DNA from: Salpingoeca rosetta
Taxonomy: Eukaryota > Protista > Choanoflagellata
Direction of reading: 5' to 3'
DNA length: 38,552 bases
Assembly: GCA_033442325.1 (NCBI GenBank)
Contig: JAWQFM010000007.1
Location: 441,305-479,856, forward strand
Position 1 is the stretch's first letter, and the number at the start of each line of letters is the position of its first letter. This document shows, piece by piece, positions 1 to 12,747 of this stretch. A program made the translations under genes and the position numbers. The notes beneath the pieces were generated by a model, which worked only from the letters and a program-made list of their open reading frames with translations, was not told the origin of the DNA and searched no databases.

Positions 1-262
1 TGTGCGTGCGTGTGTGTGTATGTGTGTGTGTGTCGGCTGGTGCGTTGTATTGCATGTATCTGCCCCATGTTGTGGTCTTGATTCCACACGCATGCTTCCT
101 GCGCACTGTTTTTCAACGTCCTGTAAACGCTCGGCACACGCAGACGGCAACCCCTTCACTCATCCTTGCTCACTCGCTCACCCTCGTCCACCGCCCCACT
201 CACTCACACCCTCACTCAACAACACGTGCGTGCACTCGGGTTCCCCCGCCCCTCCATGACAG

Positions 263-525
263 GTCGGACATGTACCGGGAGGATGTCAAGTACGTGCCCT
301 TGCGGCTGACGCCCGACGAGCGGGTGAAGCTGACAGTGCTGGAGGGTGCGCTGCGCGTGAGCGAGTACACAGACCGGGTTGATGTGCGCACGTGGAACAA
401 GGACGCCATCATCGAGGGCGAGATTGAAGAAATGATGCAGGTACATGGGATTCACGTTGTGTGTGCGTGTGCGTGTGCGTGTGCGTGTGCGTGCGTGCGT
501 GCGTGTGTGTGCGAGCGAGCGTGTG

Positions 526-557
<32 letters not shown>

Positions 558-1351
558 TGTGCGTGTGTGTGTGTGTGCGTGCGTGCGTGCGAGCGCGTGT
601 GTGTGTGTGTGTGTGCGTGCGAGCGAGCGTGCGTGCGTGTGCGTGTGCGTGTGTGTTGCTCCGCAATTCCTTTTGCTTTGTGTGCGTACACGCCGCTGTG
701 CGTCCTTGCAACTTTCTTCCCCATCATATATCCTCNNNNNNNNNNNNNNNNNNNNNNNNNNNNNNNNNNNNNNNNNNNNNNNNNNNNNNNNNNNNNNNNN
801 NNNNNNNNNNNNNNNNNNNNNNNNNNNNNNNNNNNNNNNNNNNNNNNNNNNNNNNNNNNNNNNNNNNNNNNNNNNNNNNNNNNNNNNNNNNNNNNNNNNN
901 NNNNNNNNNNNNNNNNNNNNNNNNNNNNNNNNNNNNNNNNNNNNNNNNNNNNNNNNNNNNNNNNNNNNNNNNNNNNNNNNNNNNNNNNNNNNNNNNNNNN
1001 NNNNNNNNNNNNNNNNNNNNNNNNNNNNNNNNNNNNNNNNNNNNNNNNNNNNNNNNNNNNNNNNNNNNNNNNNNNNNNNNNNNNNNNNNNNNNNNNNNNN
1101 NNNNNNNNNNNNNNNNNNNNNNNNNNNNNNNNNNNNNNNNNNNNNNNNNNNNNNNNNNNNNNNNNNNNNNNNNNNNNNNNNNNNNNNNNNNNNNNNNNNN
1201 NNNNNNNNNNNNNNNNNNNNNNNNNNNNNNNNNNNNNNNNNNNNNNNNNNNNNNNNNNNNNNNNNNNNNNNNNNNNNNNNNNNNNNNNNNNNNNNNNNNN
1301 NNNNNNNNNNNNNNNNNNNNNNNNNNNNNNNNNNNNNNNNNNNNNNNNNNN

Positions 1352-1447
<96 letters not shown>

Positions 1448-1685
1448 TGGCTACTTTCACTTGTTTCCTCATTGCCCCCCCCCTTGTCATCCCCACTCGC
1501 TTACTCTCCCACCACAAACACAATCACACATACGCACAAACATATGCACCTCACATACGCACTCACGCCTTCCTCACATACGCCCGTCGCCCGTCCACAG
1601 ACATCGCTGGTTGACACTGCGAGCGAAGCGCGGGATCTTGTGGCCGAGCGCACCGCCGCCATCAACCGCCTCACATCGTAATGTG

Positions 1686-1723
<38 letters not shown>

Positions 1724-1860
1724 AGTTGTTGGCTGTGGATTGTGATTGCATGGCTGTCGGTTGTGTGTTGCATCACTGTGTTGATGGATTGATGGATGCT
1801 GGAGGTTTGTGTCATCCTCACCATGTCCCCTCCTATCCACCACATTTACACACACACGCG

Positions 1861-1897
<37 letters not shown>

Positions 1898-3601
1898 CAC
1901 GCACACACACAACGCATGGCAGGAAGCATATGTCTGCGACGCTGAGCGCGGATGATGTGGAGCGGGTAGTGAATTCGATTACGGACAGCAACAACTACCA
2001 GGCGGCAACCGGCGCCCTTGTCCTGAAGATGATCAAATACCTCAAGACTTACTTCTCCCCAGACAAGGCCGACGAGTTCTCAGACCTCAGCATCGGGTAT
2101 GTGCGCGCGCGTGTGTGTATGTGTGTGCGCGTGTGTATGTGTGTGTGTGTGTGTATGTGTGTGTGTGTGTATGTGTGTGTGTATGTGTGCGTGTGTGTGT
2201 GCGCGTGTGTGTGTGCGTGTGCGTGTGTGCCCCTGCGTGCTCTAAAAGTGTTCCAGCGGCAGTCGCGACGGCCACGATTCCACTCACATTGCCGTCCGTG
2301 TCTTGTGTGTAACTCCACTGCAGGTATGGTCGTGGCGGGTCAAAGCTCTCCCACGGCCACCGCGAACAGTACACATATGTCCTGCAAACACTCACCCTCT
2401 GGCTTGAGGTGTGTGACGCGTGCATGTGTGCTTGGAAAGGAGGTGGTGGGTGTTCCAGTTTGAAGGGTGGATGTGTTCAAGTGGCGTCATATCGCTGTCT
2501 TGAAGCAACATCGATTCACTCCCTGCCATCCATCGCCAACCATCACCAACCATCACCAACCATCACCAACCATGACCTCACACACACACACATACACACA
2601 CCCTCAACCCCTACATCTCGCCTTACCCCCTTCCCTCTGCCTCACCATGCGAACGTCTCCCCCTCGCCCTCCCTGTCTTCAGATTACACAGCAGATGTTC
2701 TACCTGTGGTGGGCGTCGGACCACGACATGCTGCGCCCGGGGAACCGCTACTATCTCTGCAACACGGGCCAGGGTCTCAACAGGATGCAGCAGTGTCCCA
2801 CCGTCTCCCAGGCCATGCACCGCATTCTCGGGTACCGCTGGCGGTGCTCTGTTGTGTTGTTTGGCGAACGTTGTCGCTGTTTGTGTTGTGTGTGGAAGTG
2901 GTGTGTGCTCGATGCAGTGGCAGGCGCATTGCAAGCACCACTGTCTTATCTATGAATGTCCTTCACTCATACAACACACCACAACACACCACATCACAAC
3001 ACAACACAACGCACAATTCAATCTTCCAGGTCCGTGCAGCGGCGGTGCGGGCGGTGGGTTGGACTGAGTGTTGTTCACCTCGGCGACAGGGATGTCCCCA
3101 ACGCGCTGTTCTTCATCGATAAGGTTGCGATTGCTGGGTGCTCTTGTGTTGTTGCTGCTGTTGCACGTGCCAAGCTTCCACGACCGCTGTCTTGCGCTGA
3201 TTTTTTTTTGGCATGTTGTGTTGTCTGTGTGTGTGTGCGTGCATGCGTGTGTGTATGTGTGTGTGCATGCATGCGTGCGTGCTTGTTGTGAATACGTGTT
3301 TGCATTTTGCTCTCCGTGCGTCTCTCCGTGTCCTTCATGTTGCTCATTCGACTGTTTCCCATCCCACAATGCATTTCCACGCTGCTACAGTACACACAAG
3401 TGCCGCGCATGTTGGCGCCCATCGGTGAGCTTGAAGCACGCAGCAGCAGTCTGCCCAGCACCTGCACTCACTCCTTGAACCCCTTCCTTCATTCACAGAG
3501 AGAGAGAGAGACAGAAAGACAGAGAGACAGAGACAGAGAGACAGAGAGACAGAGAGACAGAGAGACAGAGAGAGAGAGACAGAGACAGAGAGAGAGAGAC
3601 A

Positions 3602-3657
<56 letters not shown>

Positions 3658-3912
3658 CAGAGAGACAGAGAGACAGACACACAATGACTATATCACTACA
3701 CAACCGTTCACCTACACCACTTTCCCATCCTCCCCCGCTGACAACCCCCCTTCCCCTTCTCGCCCTCTTCGCACCGCCTTTCACATGACGAAACTGCAGT
3801 GCAAACGCTCGACCGCATTGACGAGCTGGCGCGCAACCCGTCCACGGCGGAATTCATCGCCGCCTACGGAAAACCGGACCACCTCCGCAAGATGCTCCTT
3901 CGCGACTTCTTC

Positions 3913-3947
<35 letters not shown>

Positions 3948-4253
3948 TGTGTCTGTGCATGTTGCATGCGCAAGCTTTGTGCACGCGTGATGCGCCTCTG
4001 CATAGTCTTTCGCCCACATGTCTTTTCGATCCCCCCCCCCACACACACACGTCCACACGTCCACACGTCCACATTGCACTTGTCTGGTAGAAATGCGTTC
4101 AATGGCGATGGCGACGACGGCGGGTCGTGTATCGACGGTGCGTTCATGACACGCATGCCATGTGAATCGGCTTGTGCACACACAGACGCACTGCATGTAC
4201 ACGCACTCACACACACACACACTCACTCACACACACACACACACTCTCACTCA

Positions 4254-4291
<38 letters not shown>

Positions 4292-4443
4292 CACACACAC
4301 ATACACATACACGCTCGCTGTTACGACCACCAGGGCGGCTGACGTCGGCGTGGAATTGGTGTTCAAAGCTGGAGAAGAACCAGTTTTACCGCGTGTACAT
4401 GCTCGCTGGCTTCCAAGGATTCGATGGCAGCTTCCTCAACTAA
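263..4443 (+). CDS. UPF0652 / DUF2009-family conserved eukaryotic protein (multi-exon; probably starts upstream of the window, and part may lie in the N-gap)
   Basis: GT-AG exons ~263-440, 1601-1677, 1923-2096, 2324-2408, 2683-2831, 3030-3123, 3391-3424, 3800-3914, 4091-4137, 4334-4443 (TAA). Recognised family motifs: [110 protein letters not shown]. Confidence 0.85.
736..1351. other. Assembly gap (N run) in an intron-like region, followed directly by a (GT)n microsatellite
   Basis: 616 consecutive N. Confidence 0.99.
3496..3680. repeat. (GA)n/(GAGACA)n compound microsatellite in an intron of the DUF2009 gene
   Basis: Directly visible. Confidence 0.9.
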
Positions 4444-4473
4444 CAAACCAACACTTGAACCACAGGCATCTCC

Positions 4474-4541
<68 letters not shown>

Positions 4542-6580
4542 AAGTGTGTTGGTGCACTTGGCTTGTTTGCGCTTATTCTCCTTCCCATCTTCCATTCTTC
4601 CACTTTTTCCTCGCATGGGCCGTTCCCGTGTGATGTGACATGTGACATCACTGTCAGCAACAGCCACACCAATACACAACCAACCCATCATCACTGACAA
4701 GCAAGCACCCACGTGCGCGCGTGAAATTCAATACACACACGCACACACACGCACACACACATGCCATGCAACATACATGCGACAGAGGTCGAGTGCTCGT
4801 GCACCGCCACCCACCATCGCCACTTGTCATCGCCACTTGTCATCGCCACTTATCATCGCCACCGTTTTTGTTGTCATTCAGTTAGCACCGACTACATTAT
4901 GCCCACCAGCCTACCCTTGCTCACTTTGCCGCCTGGTCCTCCCAACCTCACAGCCGAAGCACCTAGCACCGCCTGCAATGGGAAACACATGAGTGGGCAA
5001 CTCAAGCAGACACAAACACACGCAAGCATGCACACACACACAGACACACAGAGGCAAGCATGCACACTGAGCAACGTGCATGCATGATGGCATGGTGGTT
5101 GTTAGTGGCCGTGACCGCACGTGCTGTCGTGCCCAACACGTGTTGGAGCATGCCAACCGATCCTGTGATTGGAATGCAGGCGCGACCAACACTGCCCTCT
5201 TTTTTGTTTCCCTGCTGGATGGACGACTGGAGACTGGAAGTGCGCCACCCAAAAACAAAACAAACAAACAAACAAACAGTGGACTGAACCCCACAAGCAT
5301 ATCGCCTGGCGACCTGCCTTTGGTGCTCACATGTGTCGCTCTCTCCTTGTGCACAGGCACACATCAATCAACGCTGCCAGCGAAGCAGCAAGAGAGCAAG
5401 CAGCAGCCTCCATATCCGCACCCACACCACACACGCGCGACGCATACGTCACTGGCTCTGAAAGTTTCGCACCCCTTCGCCACTGGCCTGGCTGTCCTGG
5501 TTGCGCCGTTTTCTTGAAGGTACCGTTATTCGCTATATTTCCGGTGGATTTTCGTATCCGGGACACAACCATGATAGCGGTGACGACAATCAGATTGCAA
5601 GCGGGTCACACTGACGTTATGCGACCACAGCGATACGCACGCGCATGTGCGGTGTGTTGTTGTGTGTGGATTGCTAAACACCCACCGTTTGCATGCGAAT
5701 GCAAAGGCTGATGATGATGGCGACCTTGCTGCATCTGCGCATCTTTCTTCCGTCACACATTGCAGCTTTTTGTTCTGCATGCGCATGCGGATGCAGCAAT
5801 GGATGTCCTTTCGTTTGTTCGTTCGTGAATTGAAGGGGGTGTCATTTACTTCCCGCCTCCCTGCTCCTCTGTCTGCTGTCCTCTCTCTCTTTCTCTCCTC
5901 TCTCCCCGCTTATCACGTCCTCCGTGCCGCCCACAGGCCCACGTTCACCTGTCCGTGTCTTGGCTTCTTCTCTGTCGATTGCTGCAGTCACACATCACTG
6001 CTGTTAATCCTCTCTCTCTCGCTCTCACCGAGCGCAAGCACCACACGCTACACACGCGCACACCAACTCTACACACGATCTCTACACACCGTGTATCGCA
6101 TCACTTCCGCAGCGTGTGGTTGCTCGTTCACGTGTTTCGTGTCGGTTGGTTGGTGTTTTGGTATTGGTATTGGTTGTCGTCACGTATTGCGCGCCGCCTG
6201 CATTTGCGGTTACTCGCGCTGTTCCCAGCAGCCAAAACCAAACCTAGCGCGCAATTGCACACACACACACACACACGCACGGCAGTGCTTCATCCGCACA
6301 ACAACCAGCAAGCAAGCAAACAAACACAAAGCCTTGCTCCTGAGTCATTTTTTCCACTCCACTGTTTGTTGGTTCATCGCCCACTACTGTTGCACTCCCT
6401 GCCTTAGTGCGGCAAGTCTCCATACACACACACACTGCTGGTCTCCCTTCAGTATCTGTTGCCCCCTCCCCCCGCGCGCCTCCGACGGCTGCTCTGCAGC
6501 GTTCCTTGTTTCCCCCACCCTTGCCTTTCTTTCCTCTTCGCCTCGCCTCGCTCTCTCTCTCTCTCTCTGTGGCATTGGCA

Positions 6581-7165
6581 ATGTCCAGGAATCCGGAGAT
6601 CAACAAGTTGATTCCCTTTGAGCGCAGCAGCTACCAGACAACCGCCACCATGAACCTGTGCGACCTCGTGCACTGCGCGTACGTGAAGAACATGGAGCTG
6701 AGCAACGACGACAACCGCCCGCTGTGCCGCACCCTCCTGCAGCGCAGCATGTGGAAGGACCTGCAGCGCGCCTTCTCTGCCACCGACGACGAGGAGGCCC
6801 TCGCCATGGAGTTTGTTCTGCCAGAGTCGTTCCGCAACCCAAAGCCCATGTACGGGCACGGCGCGCCGCAGTTGCCGCTGCCGCCCATCACAGACCACAA
6901 CAACAACAACAGCACCTCGCGCCGCGGCAGTGACAGGAGTTGTGCGTCGTCGTCATCATCGCCACAAGGCCGCGCCAACCCGGTCACAGCCGCAACCGCC
7001 GCTGCCGCTGTTGTCGCAAATGCAACCGCCACCTCCTCGCCATCGTCATCATCGCCGCTGTCCACCACCTCGTCGCCCTCCAGTCAAGAGAGGAAGGACC
7101 GGCAAGAGGAAGAAGAGCAAGACGCGGACGCTGCGCAAGTGTACTTCTCCACATACATGTATTGA
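6581..7165 (+). CDS. Single-exon 194-aa protein: N-terminal SERTA/IER-like helical domain plus Ser/Ala-rich disordered tail (paralog A)
   Basis: ATG 6581 to TGA 7165, with strong C/G-ending codon bias. Domain LVHCAYVKNMELSNDDNRPLCRTLLQRSMWKDLQRAFSATDDEEALAMEFV (6665-6817) aligns without gaps to the N-terminus of the 9776 ORF. The SERTA/IER assignment is an inference from the pattern. Confidence 0.75.
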   Translation: MSRNPEINKLIPFERSSYQTTATMNLCDLVHCAYVKNMELSNDDNRPLCRTLLQRSMWKDLQRAFSATDDEEALAMEFVLPESFRNPKPMYGHGAPQLPLPPITDHNNNNSTSRRGSDRSCASSSSSPQGRANPVTAATAAAAVVANATATSSPSSSSPLSTTSSPSSQERKDRQEEEEQDADAAQVYFSTYMY

Positions 7166-8237
7166 GTGGGAAGGCAAAAGACTGCCAAACTCCCATCTCT
7201 GTGTGTGCGTGCGTGCACTTGCCTGTTGTCTCTCTCTGTCTGTCTCTGTCTCTGTCTCTGTCTCTGTCTCTGTCTCTGTCTCTCTCTCCCTGTCTCTCTT
7301 GCTTCAGCCCCTCCCCCACCGTGAGGGTTGGTTTGCTGGTTGGTGGCCGCGCCCCCCCCCGTTGTTTATTCCCTCTTTCATCTCTCTCCTGAACGCCTTT
7401 TGTTGGTGCGTGCGTTTGGGTGTTATCCCTCTTCTCTCATGGCTGGAGTTACTGATGATGGTTGCCTTGTTTGCCTTGTTATTGCCTTTGCATCCGCACT
7501 GCGCGCTTCCTCTGTTGACGGAAGCCTTGCGCGTGCGAGCGCATGTGTTAGCAAGCGTGTGTGTGCGTGTGTGCGTGAGTGTGTGTGAGTGAGTGGGTGA
7601 GTGTGTGTGTGTGTGAGTGTGTGAGAGTGTGTGAGAGTGCGTGCGCCTCTCCTTTCATTCTGTTCCTCTTGGCCTCTCCTTTTGAGTGAGAGCCCAGGCA
7701 ACCCCATGTGGTTCTGCTTTGTTTTTTCTCGCATGCTGGACGGCTAGACACACGATGTGTTCCCAAATGAACCTGTTTCCCTCTCCAGAAGAAGGAAAAG
7801 AAGGAGGAACGAGGGTGCATGAAGGAGGAGCGAGGAGGAGGACACCAACACACAACACAACACAACACAACACAACACACACACACACACAGCCGCTGCG
7901 TGTGTGCGTGTACGGCACATGACGACGAAGCCAGCAAGCAAGCCAGCAAGCAAGCAAAACACACAAGGCACAGCACGAGCACACACACACACCACTTTTC
8001 CTGCTTGCTTGCTCGCACAAACAAGCTGGTTTCAAACGTTGCTTGCTCACGACCACCGAACAACTGTTGCATTCTGCATGCAAAAGTGGCGTTGACGACT
8101 CATGGTGGCGTTGTGCTGCAACCAAGGCGAGCACTTGCACATGGCGTCCTTCACAGTGCCCCACGTGTTCATCCAACCAACCAAACGTCCCACCTGCAGG
8201 AAGAAAAAAAAAATAGCCAACACGTATCGTTGTTGAT

Positions 8238-8287
8238 GAGCCAAGCCAAGCCAAGCCAAGCCAAGCCGCCGAAGCAAAGCCAAGCCA
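8238..8287. repeat. (AGCCA)n pentanucleotide microsatellite
   Basis: agccaagccaagccaagccaagcc... directly visible, degenerating toward the 3' end. Confidence 0.8.
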
Positions 8288-9223
8288 GGGCAAGATGGGC
8301 AGAGTGACGGTTGTGCCGTTTTGTTCTCTTGCTTGCTTGTTTGCCTTTTGGCTTGCTGCTTGCTGGTGCTGCGACTTTCGCCCCGTGTGACTGGCCTCAT
8401 TTGTGTCCTTCGTGTCCTACCGCCGCTTTTGTTGCCTTGCTTGCGCCTGCTTGCTTGCCGCGGTCTCGGCTGGCCTTTTTGTCTTTCCTCCTCCGTCGAC
8501 ATCTCCGCTTCCTTCCTTCTTGCTTGGCGTCCACGCCACCGCCAAGCCCAGCCAACACAACACCCCATCACCCACCGCGGCCACAAACCAACACACGCAT
8601 CACCAAACAACAGAGCAACACCACACACACGCGAGCAACCAACCAAGAGCAAGCCAACGTCAACCAATACACACACACACACGCGCGCGCGAGCAAGTGC
8701 AAGCCACAGTGCAGACGGCAAGTTTTGTTTTGGTTTTGTTTGGTTCTTTTTGTACTCACCCATCCCACGCATTCATCCCATCAACAAGCAACAGGAGCGG
8801 AAGGAGAAGAACACACACCACACGCGTGAACAACGACAGCACGCATTTTCCCGCACATGCACAGCACCGCCTCCATCTCATCTGACAGACGGCTACGCAT
8901 CTCAGCTCACCTGCTGCCTACCCTTCCACCTGTCCTTTTTCCTTATTTCTTTGTTGTGCTTTGTTCTTTGTTCTGTTGTGTGCGGTTGCCATCCACGCAT
9001 TCAGGCTCACCTTCATTGACTCACTTGCTTGGAGGCGCTTCACGAGAAGCCACCCCCCCCCCAAAACTGTACGTCGTTCTGCTTGCAAGCATGCTGTTCC
9101 TCATGCCTGCATGCTCGTGTCTCCTTTGTCTTTGTGCACGCGATTGTTATTTGTGTATTTGTGCATCTGTATTCGTGTATCTGTGTTTGTGTTTGTGTTT
9201 GTATTGGCGAAGACGCGCACAAT

Positions 9224-9298
<75 letters not shown>

Positions 9299-9618
9299 AC
9301 ATTCGCACATGCGTGCATGCGTTCGTTCTTCTCCTAACTCATTTGCCATCAACAATACAAACAAAAACAAACCCACACCACAGCCAGTCTTTACTTTGCT
9401 CAAACACGCTCGCGCCACCTGCTTCATCATCTTCTTTTTGTACGTGGACCATTTTGCTTTGCACTCGTCGTCTCCCACTGCGCGTTCACCCCCTTCCTCA
9501 ACCTGCTTGCGTCCTCCTGTCATCACCCCGTGCACACACACACACACACACGCCCACACACACACACACACACGCCCACACATACACACACACCACACAC
9601 ACACACACACACCACACA

Positions 9619-9711
<93 letters not shown>

Positions 9712-9775
9712 TCCATCCGTTTTTTTTTTTTGTTTTGACGTTGTTGTTGCTGTGCCGTGCCTGCTCGCTTAGACC

Positions 9776-11443
9776 ATGACCGCGACACGCCAGGGCCGGT
9801 TGGTGGAGATGGCGTTCCAGAAGAACGTGCGCATGACAAATTGCAAGGACAGGAGCATGCGCATCACCCTGCACCAGCGCTGCCTGTGGAAGCACCTGCA
9901 GCGGGACTTCTTCGCCTGCGACGACCAGGACGCCTGGGCCGTCGCCTTTGTGCCCCTCCCCACATGCCCGCCAATCTCAGACAAGGACACAGACAAGCAC
10001 ATGGACACAACACCAGACGCCACCGCACAAGAGTGCAGTGACCAAAACTTGAAGCAGCAGCAGCAGCAGCAGGAGCAGCAGCACGAGGATGACTGCAGCG
10101 ATGCATGCAAGCACCACGATGACTCCAGCGATGCATGCAAGCACGAGGACAGCACAGCTGCTTGCGCAGAGGATTCGCCCTCGTGCAACGACGATGACGA
10201 CAACGACAACACACGCACCTGCGACGCCAGCAGCGGTACTCAGCAGCAGCCACAAGCGGATGAGGACAATGCACCGGTTTCGAGTGAGGCCGGCACTGCA
10301 CATGAGCTCGACCATGACGTGCGCATTGTTGTCGAGTACACCGGGTTTGACGGCCAGCCCACGCAAGGGCCTGTCCTCATTCAGCCCTCTTCTTCCGCCA
10401 CCACCACCACCACCACCACCATCGCCACCCCTCCTCCATCGTCGTCTCGCAAGAACGCAGTGGCACACAGGGCGAAAGTGACAGAGCTGGAGGGAAAAGT
10501 GGTTGCCGATGCGCAGCAGCAAGTCAGGGAAGAGGAGAAGGAGAACAGTGAGAAGAAGCAACAGCAGCAACAACAGCAGCAGCGTGCGACGACGGCCGGA
10601 AAGGGTGATCCTGGTGATGGCGGTGCCGCGGGCGCTGAAGACACCAGCGCCATTTCTTCTTCAGACGACACCGCCTCCTCTTCATCCTCTTCGTCGTCTT
10701 CATCCTCTCCCTCAGCTGCCGATTGCAAGCAGCCAAGCACCGGCGCGAAGACGGCAGAGGCCGACACGACGAGCAGTAGTGACAGCAGCACCAGCAGTAA
10801 GAGCAGCAGCAGCGATGAAGACGACGGAGACAGCGATGACGAAGAAGGAAGCGCGGGTGGCTTGAAGAAGCGACAAAAGCGAAAGCCGCCATCACCGCTG
10901 CGCCGTGCCGTCACAATCCGCGTCTACCGCTCACGCGCCCTCCAATCACCCCCGCCATCTTCCACCTCCTCCACCGCCTCGTCCTCCTCCTCGTCGTCGT
11001 GCGCATCGTCACCCGACCGCCCAGGCGCCCGCCCGCCGGCGCTGCCAACAGCAGCAACAGCATCCCCGTCCTCCTCAGCGTCCATGGGCGCAGAGGCACA
11101 GGCAGAGCCGTCGTCATCGTCCCCGCCATCACCGCTCCTCCTCGCTGCCATCAAGCGCTCGTCTGCACGCACGGGGCAGCCGCCACCGGCGTTTGCAATT
11201 GAGGACCAAGACCTCGCGTGTGATTCAGCCCAGAGCTCTGCCTCCACGTCATCTGCCCCACCACCACCGTCGTCGTCGTCGTCATCGGCAGCAGCAGAAA
11301 CAGCAACCTCCAAGCATGGGCAGCAGTCTTCTATTGAAACAGCAGGCACAGACACCAGCACGACGGCTGCAGCTGGCGCGGTGGCCGACCCGCCAGAGGA
11401 CGAGTCTGTGCTGCCGTGCTCACAGCCCGTCGCGTGCAACTGA
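9776..11443 (+). CDS. 555-aa single-coding-exon protein: N-terminal SERTA/IER-like domain plus long Ser/Gln/Asp/Pro-rich disordered region with a basic NLS-like patch (paralog B)
   Basis: Uninterrupted ORF with coding-like codon use. Domain LVEMAFQKNVRMTNCKDRSMRITLHQRCLWKHLQRDFFACDDQDAWAVAFV (9800-9952); KKRQKRK near 10864-10884. The ATG is preceded by an acceptor-like 'gcttag' and (CA)n, suggesting a 5'-UTR intron. Confidence 0.75.
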   Translation: MTATRQGRLVEMAFQKNVRMTNCKDRSMRITLHQRCLWKHLQRDFFACDDQDAWAVAFVPLPTCPPISDKDTDKHMDTTPDATAQECSDQNLKQQQQQQEQQHEDDCSDACKHHDDSSDACKHEDSTAACAEDSPSCNDDDDNDNTRTCDASSGTQQQPQADEDNAPVSSEAGTAHELDHDVRIVVEYTGFDGQPTQGPVLIQPSSSATTTTTTTIATPPPSSSRKNAVAHRAKVTELEGKVVADAQQQVREEEKENSEKKQQQQQQQQRATTAGKGDPGDGGAAGAEDTSAISSSDDTASSSSSSSSSSSPSAADCKQPSTGAKTAEADTTSSSDSSTSSKSSSSDEDDGDSDDEEGSAGGLKKRQKRKPPSPLRRAVTIRVYRSRALQSPPPSSTSSTASSSSSSSCASSPDRPGARPPALPTAATASPSSSASMGAEAQAEPSSSSPPSPLLLAAIKRSSARTGQPPPAFAIEDQDLACDSAQSSASTSSAPPPPSSSSSSAAAETATSKHGQQSSIETAGTDTSTTAAAGAVADPPEDESVLPCSQPVACN

Positions 11444-12694
11444 CGTTGAAGCATGACCACGCACCACCCGCCGCAAACACAGCAAGCAGCTGCCGTCACT
11501 CCTGCCGTCTTTGGTGCCGTCGCTGCTGCTGTCCATCCCGTAACACAGCATGCACATGTTGTCATGTTGTCATGTTGTCATGTTGTCATGTTCTTATTTT
11601 CTCATGGTTCTCATGTTGTTATGACGGTTCTGGCGCGCTGTTGTTCTATTCTCGCTTCACGACGGTGTTGCGTTGGTGAAGGCGCTCTTCCCTGTTACAC
11701 TTCCCGCATGATGCCACTTTCTCCTTCCTTGTTCTTGCCGTCTTCGTCAGCTCCGTCTGTCGCTGGCCAACTGTCCAGCCATCCAAGCCGTCCCAAATGC
11801 CCGTTTTAACTTTGGTTTTTTCCAGTTGTTCTGTTATTTGTTTGCCCGCGTTGAGCGACCTGTGGTCGCAGTTGCCTCAAGTTATGATGGCGCGTCTTTT
11901 AGTTGCTGGTTATTACTCTACTTGCGAACGACGCTTTGTGTTTGGTTTGAGATGCACATACCCTACTCCCCTTGCTCTCCTTTCAATGCTGATGCTCTTG
12001 ATGCTGGTGCCACGTTGACGCATTGCATGCTACAAGCTATTTGATTGAACGCTCCTATGTCTGTTTGTGTTTTTCATGTTCTTGGTTTTGTGGTTTGTTG
12101 TGTTTTATGTTTTGTGTGTTTCGTGGTGCGTGTTCTTCCTTGCGCTTTCCGTTCGCGTTTTCATTCGTCTCTCCCTGCCTTTCCTCTTCCTCAAGTTCTC
12201 TCTCCTCTCTTGTTCATGAGCGTGTCAGCCCCTTGTTGTAGTGTAGAGATTTGCTTTGGACTGCCCTCCCCCCTATTTGCTTTCCTGCTTCGATTCTTTG
12301 ATTGTTTATTCTTCGTGTGTGGTGTGTTTGCTTGCCTTTTGTTGCGTGTTGTCGCTTTTGCACGTCACCCGTGTCCGTGTGTTTTGTGCGGTGTCCTTGT
12401 GCCACCGTGGTGTGTGGTGGTGCAAGCCGCCGCCGAGTCACGCGTCATCGCGGGGTGTGCGCATGTTTAACTGCAGCGCGGTGCCAATATCACCCCGGTG
12501 CTGCAACATTACACACGAAAAGACTTTGTGTGTTTCCACATTAATCGCGCGTGAATTCCGTCATGATGCTGGCATGCGTGTTGTACTGACGTCACATTTT
12601 TCTTCACGTCATAGGGGGAGAGGGAGGAAAGACTGGGACGCACACACACACACATACACACATACACACACACACATACACACATACACACATA

Positions 12695-12747
<53 letters not shown>

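Noticed and set aside
6-1724. Long ORFs spanning the N-gap, and many VCVC/HTHT/TNKQ ORFs across the window
   Set aside because: Artefacts of N runs and stop-free microsatellites in introns; only the embedded exon fragments are real.
5541-5561. Short imperfect inverted repeat (ccggtggat..atccgg) as an ncRNA or terminator
   Set aside because: Too short and imperfect; no tRNA or snRNA features recognised.
5647-6621. 324-aa ORF and the upstream extension 6407-6580 of paralog A
   Set aside because: Non-ATG or weak start, no coding-like codon bias, and composition dominated by CT/CA repeats; more likely UTR or promoter.
11555-11592. (CATGTTGT)n 8-bp tandem repeat in the 3' flank of paralog B
   Set aside because: Ordinary short tandem repeat in a repeat-rich genome; no evidence of function.
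12587-12594. Perfect CRE palindrome TGACGTCA
   Set aside because: A single 8-mer between convergent 3' ends; expected by chance in 38 kb.
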